The notes under the pieces: generated by a model
Database searches by the model: none
Seen by the model: the letters and a program-made list of their open reading frames with translations, nothing else
What the model was told of the DNA's origin: nothing
From: an uncultured delta proteobacterium
Lineage (GTDB): Bacteria; Desulfobacterota; BSN033; UBA1163
Length of the DNA stretch: 64,000 nt
Assembly: GCA_963708295.1 (NCBI GenBank)
Contig: CAVPSJ010000004.1
Span: 32,001-96,000 of the forward strand
Direction of reading: 5' to 3'
Shown here: positions 60,215 to 64,000 of the stretch, in pieces
Numbering within the stretch: the stretch's first letter is position 1
How the letters are laid out: every line of letters begins with the position of its first letter
Made by a program: the position numbers and the translations under genes

Positions 60215-61192
60215 ATGAGTGATAACGTGGAAGGACAACCCCTTGAACCCCAAAATGAACCTCAGAACGAACCTAAAACGCCAAGGGTAAAACGAAAACC
60301 CCTTATTTTTGGCGCCATCGCCATTGTTGTGGTGGCGGGAGCCATCCTTTTTTACTTCTTCTACCTCCAACATCCAAGCCGACAAATTCTTGCTCGAGTG
60401 AATGACGATAAGATCACGGTCGATCAATTTAGCAGAGAACTTGCCAAGGTAGAACCTACTTTGATAAGAGAAATGCTTCGTGAGGAACCCAATAATCTTC
60501 TCGAAAGAATGATCGTCAGGGCTCTCCTCTTGCAGGAGGCAAAGAAGCAGGGGGTTTCTGCTCCGGCCAAAACGTACAAAGATGCGGCAGCGAACCCTCT
60601 TCCTGCTGACGAATCCATCATTGCCGAGTTGATTGGAAAAAAGTTTCCTGCGCCGCCGGAGGTAACGCGCGAGGAAGTCGAGGGATTCTATAAAATGTAT
60701 AAGAGTCGGATGGAGGGAAGACCTCTCAAGGAAGTCGCTCCGGCGATTGAACAGTATATCCGGGAAGCAAAGTCACGCGAGGCATTGAGCCAGTTTTTAG
60801 AGGAGATTCGAAAAAACGCCAAGGTTGAGATCGATCAGGCACAGTTGCAAAAGGTTACGGTCAAACCCCCCGAGATGAATACGGAGGACGAGCTCAAACA
60901 GGCGCTTACGAGCGGGAAGCCTGTTCTGGTCGATTTTGGAGCAAATTCCTGCCTCCCCTGCCGTCAGCTGAGGCCTGTTCTTAAGGAAATCTCTGCGGAA
61001 TATTCCGAAAAGGCGAAAGTTCTGGTCATCGATGTTTACAAGTATCAAGACCTTGCCAGAGAGCATAAGGTTCTCATGCTCCCGACTCTGGTCTTCTTTG
61101 ATTCCAAGGGAAAAGAAACCTTCAGAAATGTCGGGTTGATGGAAAAAGAGAAGATTGTCGGAAAGTTGAAAGAGATCGGAATGGGCACGTAA
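60215..61192 (+). CDS. SurA-N-like / thioredoxin fusion protein
   Basis: TM anchor, LARVNDDKIT, LLLQEAKKQG; C-terminal VDFGANSCLPC. Confidence 0.82.
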   Translation: MSDNVEGQPLEPQNEPQNEPKTPRVKRKPLIFGAIAIVVVAGAILFYFFYLQHPSRQILARVNDDKITVDQFSRELAKVEPTLIREMLREEPNNLLERMIVRALLLQEAKKQGVSAPAKTYKDAAANPLPADESIIAELIGKKFPAPPEVTREEVEGFYKMYKSRMEGRPLKEVAPAIEQYIREAKSREALSQFLEEIRKNAKVEIDQAQLQKVTVKPPEMNTEDELKQALTSGKPVLVDFGANSCLPCRQLRPVLKEISAEYSEKAKVLVIDVYKYQDLAREHKVLMLPTLVFFDSKGKETFRNVGLMEKEKIVGKLKEIGMGT

Positions 61193-61224
61193 TCCAAATG
61201 CGGAGTGAGGATTGCGGATTGAAG

Positions 61225-61297
61225 TAAGTTACTTGGGTTGCTTGGGTTCTTTGGGTTAACCCAATAAACTCAACAAACTCAATGAACTCAGTAAACC
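61225..61297. repeat. degenerate 9-mer tandem repeats arranged as an inverted pair
   Basis: GGGTTGCTT GGGTTCTTT GGGTT / AACCCAATA AACTCAACA AACTCAATG AACTCAGTA. Confidence 0.6.
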
Positions 61298-61356
61298 TCT
61301 ATTGAGGATACTGCAATCGGAAATTCCTTAAAGTGGCCGGTACACGACCGGTCCTT

Positions 61357-61572
61357 TCACACCCCTCACGAGCCGCCATAACCCACCGTCACCTTGCTTC
61401 CCTCGACGATGACGGGCACGTTCCGGACACCTTTCGAATACTTTAACATCTCGTCCAGTTTCTTCTTGTCTGATTCGACATCAAAGTATTTTGCGCCGTC
61501 GCCGTAGGCTGACCTAGCCTTTTCCGTATAAGGTCAACCTCCTTTACCGTAGATAATCACCGTGTCCTTCAT
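61357..61572 (-). CDS. glutaredoxin-like UXX-star family selenoprotein with two Sec, absent from ORF track
   Basis: MKDTVIIYGKGG-U-PYT...VPVIVEG..VTVGYGGS-U-GV*; TGA at 61534-36 and 61366-68, each followed by a hairpin; AGGAGAGG RBS. Confidence 0.88.
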
Positions 61573-61719
61573 CGCCTCTCCTTTCCCATTTTGGATTTCC
61601 TACCCAACTAATATCCAATTCAAAATCTTTAGTCAAGCCTGAAAGTCCCTCTCCTTGACGCCGTTAAAAAAGCAATTTAAAGTAAAAATTGTAAACCTTA
61701 TAAATACAGGAGGTAGGAA

Positions 61720-62031
61720 ATGGGATTCTGGGATCTTAAAACATTAAAACTGGATGAATTTCGGCCCGGCATCTGGAGTAAATTGGAATCAGGAACAAAC
61801 TTGACGATGGCTTTTATGGAAATCGCTCCGAATAAAGAAGGATCTGCCCATGACCATCCTTTCGATCAGTGCGGGGTCGTGATCGAAGGAGAGATCGAGA
61901 TGTCCATTGAAGAGGAGAAGAAACTAATGAGGCCGATGGAGACCTACTTCATCCCAGCAGGCGCAAAGCATAGTTGGAAAACGATGAACTCATCAGCCAG
62001 GATTTTAGATATCGCGGTAAAGCAGGGCTAG
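61720..62031 (+). CDS. cupin domain protein
   Basis: HDHPFDQ..VIEGE, IPAGAKH; AGGAGG RBS. Confidence 0.88.
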   Translation: MGFWDLKTLKLDEFRPGIWSKLESGTNLTMAFMEIAPNKEGSAHDHPFDQCGVVIEGEIEMSIEEEKKLMRPMETYFIPAGAKHSWKTMNSSARILDIAVKQG

Positions 62032-62222
62032 GAAATGTGAAACGCCGGGCGGACTATCTTAATGGCATGCCTTGCGCTGCCGCACCCTGCACGGTGCGCG
62101 GCAGCTTGACAATTCTTCTCTACTGAACTTATGCTTTATAAAACGCTTCTTTGGGATGGAAGAAGGGTGAAATTTCCGAGAAGCAGGATGGTTGTTTCCG
62201 CGATGAGGTTTGAAAGAGAGTT

Positions 62223-63362
62223 GTGAAGGAAGCTCAGAGGATTTACCTCGATTTCAATGCCAGTACCCCGATTGCTCCCGAAGTGGCTGAAGCGATGAGG
62301 CCATTTCTCTCGGAGCACTTTGGAAATCCCTCCAGCCAGCACTGGGCAGGGATTCCGGCTAAAGAGGCCGTTGAGCATGCACGGCAACAGGTGGCCGAGC
62401 TTCTCCAATGCTCTCCGGATGAGATTGTCTTTACCAGCGGCGGAAGCGAGTCCAACAACCACGCCATCAAAGGGGTGTTCTTCACACTGAGAGAAAAGGG
62501 GAACCATATCGTCACCACGCAAATCGAGCATCCCGCTGTAATCAACCCCTGTCGATTTCTTGAGAAACTTGGGGCAGAAGTAACGTTTGTTCCTGTGGAC
62601 CGACATGGGAGAGTGGATCCTCAAGACATTCAAAAAGCCATCACTCCGAGAACGATTCTGATTACGGTGATGCACGCCAATAATGAAGTGGGAACCATTC
62701 AGCCGATTGAAGAGATCTCGAAGATCGCAAGGGAACGCGGCATCGTCTTTCACACGGATGCAGCTCAATCCGTCGGGAAGATTGCTACAAAGGTTGATGA
62801 TTTAAGGGTCGATCTATTGTCCATAGCCGGTCACAAGGTCTACGCACCCAAGGGAATAGGGGCGTTATATATTCGCAAGGGGACACCGATTGAACCGCTC
62901 ATCCACGGCGCGGGCCACGAATCAGGCAGGAGGGCTGGAACCGAGAACGTTCTTCTCATTGTAGGACTCGGGAAAGCGTGCGAGATCGCAAAGAGATATT
63001 TAAATGACGATAGGATTCTCGATCTGAGAGACCGCTTCTGGAAACTTCTTCAAGATCATTTTGGAGAGAAAGTGGTTCTCAATGGTCATCCTGTTCTTCG
63101 CCTCCCGAATACTCTTAACGTCAGCTTTGTTGGAAAAGCAGGAGGAGAAATCTTATCCCGATTAGACGGAGTGGCAGCCTCAACAGGAGCTGCCTGCCAT
63201 TCCGGTTCGGTGGAACTCTCTCCGGTTCTGAAGGCAATGGGAATTTCTCCTGAGGTGGGTATGGGTGCTATCCGATTCAGCCTGGGCCGGACAACAACAG
63301 TTCAAGAACTGGAAAGGGTAGTCGATCTTCTTAAGAATTCCCCTCTTCTTTTAACCCAATAA
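62223..63362 (+). CDS. cysteine desulfurase (NifS/IscS class V PLP enzyme)
   Basis: YLDFNASTP, FTSGGSESNN, HTDAAQ, AGHKVYAPKG, STGAACHS. Confidence 0.93.
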   Translation: MKEAQRIYLDFNASTPIAPEVAEAMRPFLSEHFGNPSSQHWAGIPAKEAVEHARQQVAELLQCSPDEIVFTSGGSESNNHAIKGVFFTLREKGNHIVTTQIEHPAVINPCRFLEKLGAEVTFVPVDRHGRVDPQDIQKAITPRTILITVMHANNEVGTIQPIEEISKIARERGIVFHTDAAQSVGKIATKVDDLRVDLLSIAGHKVYAPKGIGALYIRKGTPIEPLIHGAGHESGRRAGTENVLLIVGLGKACEIAKRYLNDDRILDLRDRFWKLLQDHFGEKVVLNGHPVLRLPNTLNVSFVGKAGGEILSRLDGVAASTGAACHSGSVELSPVLKAMGISPEVGMGAIRFSLGRTTTVQELERVVDLLKNSPLLLTQ

Positions 63363-63374
63363 ATTTTCCGCTCT

Positions 63375-64000
63375 TCACACCTTGATCCAGCGGCGTTGGA
63401 GGCCGTAATAAAGAATCAATCCTGCCAGATAAGCCACACCCATGTTCCACATGGCAGTGCCGGCGGTGACGAGGAGAACGAAAAGATTCTGTTTTTTAAG
63501 TTTGACATCCTTAACGACCAGCGCCAGTTCCACTCCTGCGAAAAAGAGGATCACGCCCAGAATCGAGCCGTGGAAAGACCTGAAAAATGAGTGATACTGA
63601 ATCGCTCAAAAAGAGCCCTGTGAAGAGTACGATCACACCAAGAATCACCAGTGCCCCTCCTGTCCTGGCGCCAAACCGGATGTGACCCGCCATGCCTCCT
63701 GCTCCATGACACATGGGAATGCCTCCTATGAAAGTACTGATGAGGTTCATGACACCGTGATCGATGGCAGATTGTTTTGGCCGTTACCTTTCGATCGGGA
63801 AAATATTGATTATTTTCGGCAACCGTCCCGATGATGGCATTCCCGAGTGTGAGAGGAGCTTGAGGAAGTCCTAAAATGACAAAGCCAGAGAGGAGTTCTT
63901 GCCATGACATTCGTCCAAACGTCAATTCAGGAAATCGAAATCGAACCGAGAGATTGGAAAGCTCTCCGAATCAATTCCGGTTTTTGAATAAAAGCCATTA
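63375..64000 (-). CDS. putative molybdate/sulfate transporter (MOT1 family), partial, frameshifted
   Basis: LPQAPLTLGNA, PMCHGAGGMAGH.RFGART; runs off the window end. Confidence 0.85.

Noticed and set aside
61200-61300. Short repeats as a possible CRISPR array
   Set aside because: Units are 7-9 nt degenerate tandem repeats without unique spacers; no cas genes in the window.

Overview
Bacterial chromosomal DNA. Gene content (flavocytochrome c, multiheme cytochromes, sigma-54 promoters, Tim44, selenoproteins) suggests an anaerobic Desulfobacterota/deltaproteobacterium-like organism; this is inference. Many ordinary genes carry single-base frameshifts, most likely uncorrected sequencing errors, so pseudogene calls are cautious. 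From left to right: a stand-alone Zn-ribbon rpsD; a yybP-ykoY (Mn) riboswitch operon (UPF0016, membrane protein, TerC); housekeeping and membrane genes; an extra sigma-70 factor with a terminator-containing leader; a Tat flavocytochrome plus tetraheme cytochrome; a CzcCBA-type RND pump preceded by a CxxC/xxPP small ORF; an Mla ABC system whose ATPase has a degenerate GGDEF tail; fabH; a TcmP-DUF5131 pair; a lexA / RadA-like / small protein / PolB2-type cassette carrying in-frame palindromic insertions; cysE-iscU-queG-like; a ~12 kb ArsR-controlled arsenic/thiol-redox cluster; lipoate ligases; a sigma-54 rhodanese operon; thioredoxin/CcdA genes; cupin; cysteine desulfurase; and a partial MOT1 transporter. 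The main result is three genes missed or cut short by the ORF track because they appear to read through UGA as selenocysteine, each with a SECIS-like hairpin (45724-45936, 52642-52941, 61357-61572). The first belongs to no family I recognise and sits next to a paralog that has TTA at the UGA position. No tRNA, rRNA, CRISPR array or transposase was seen.
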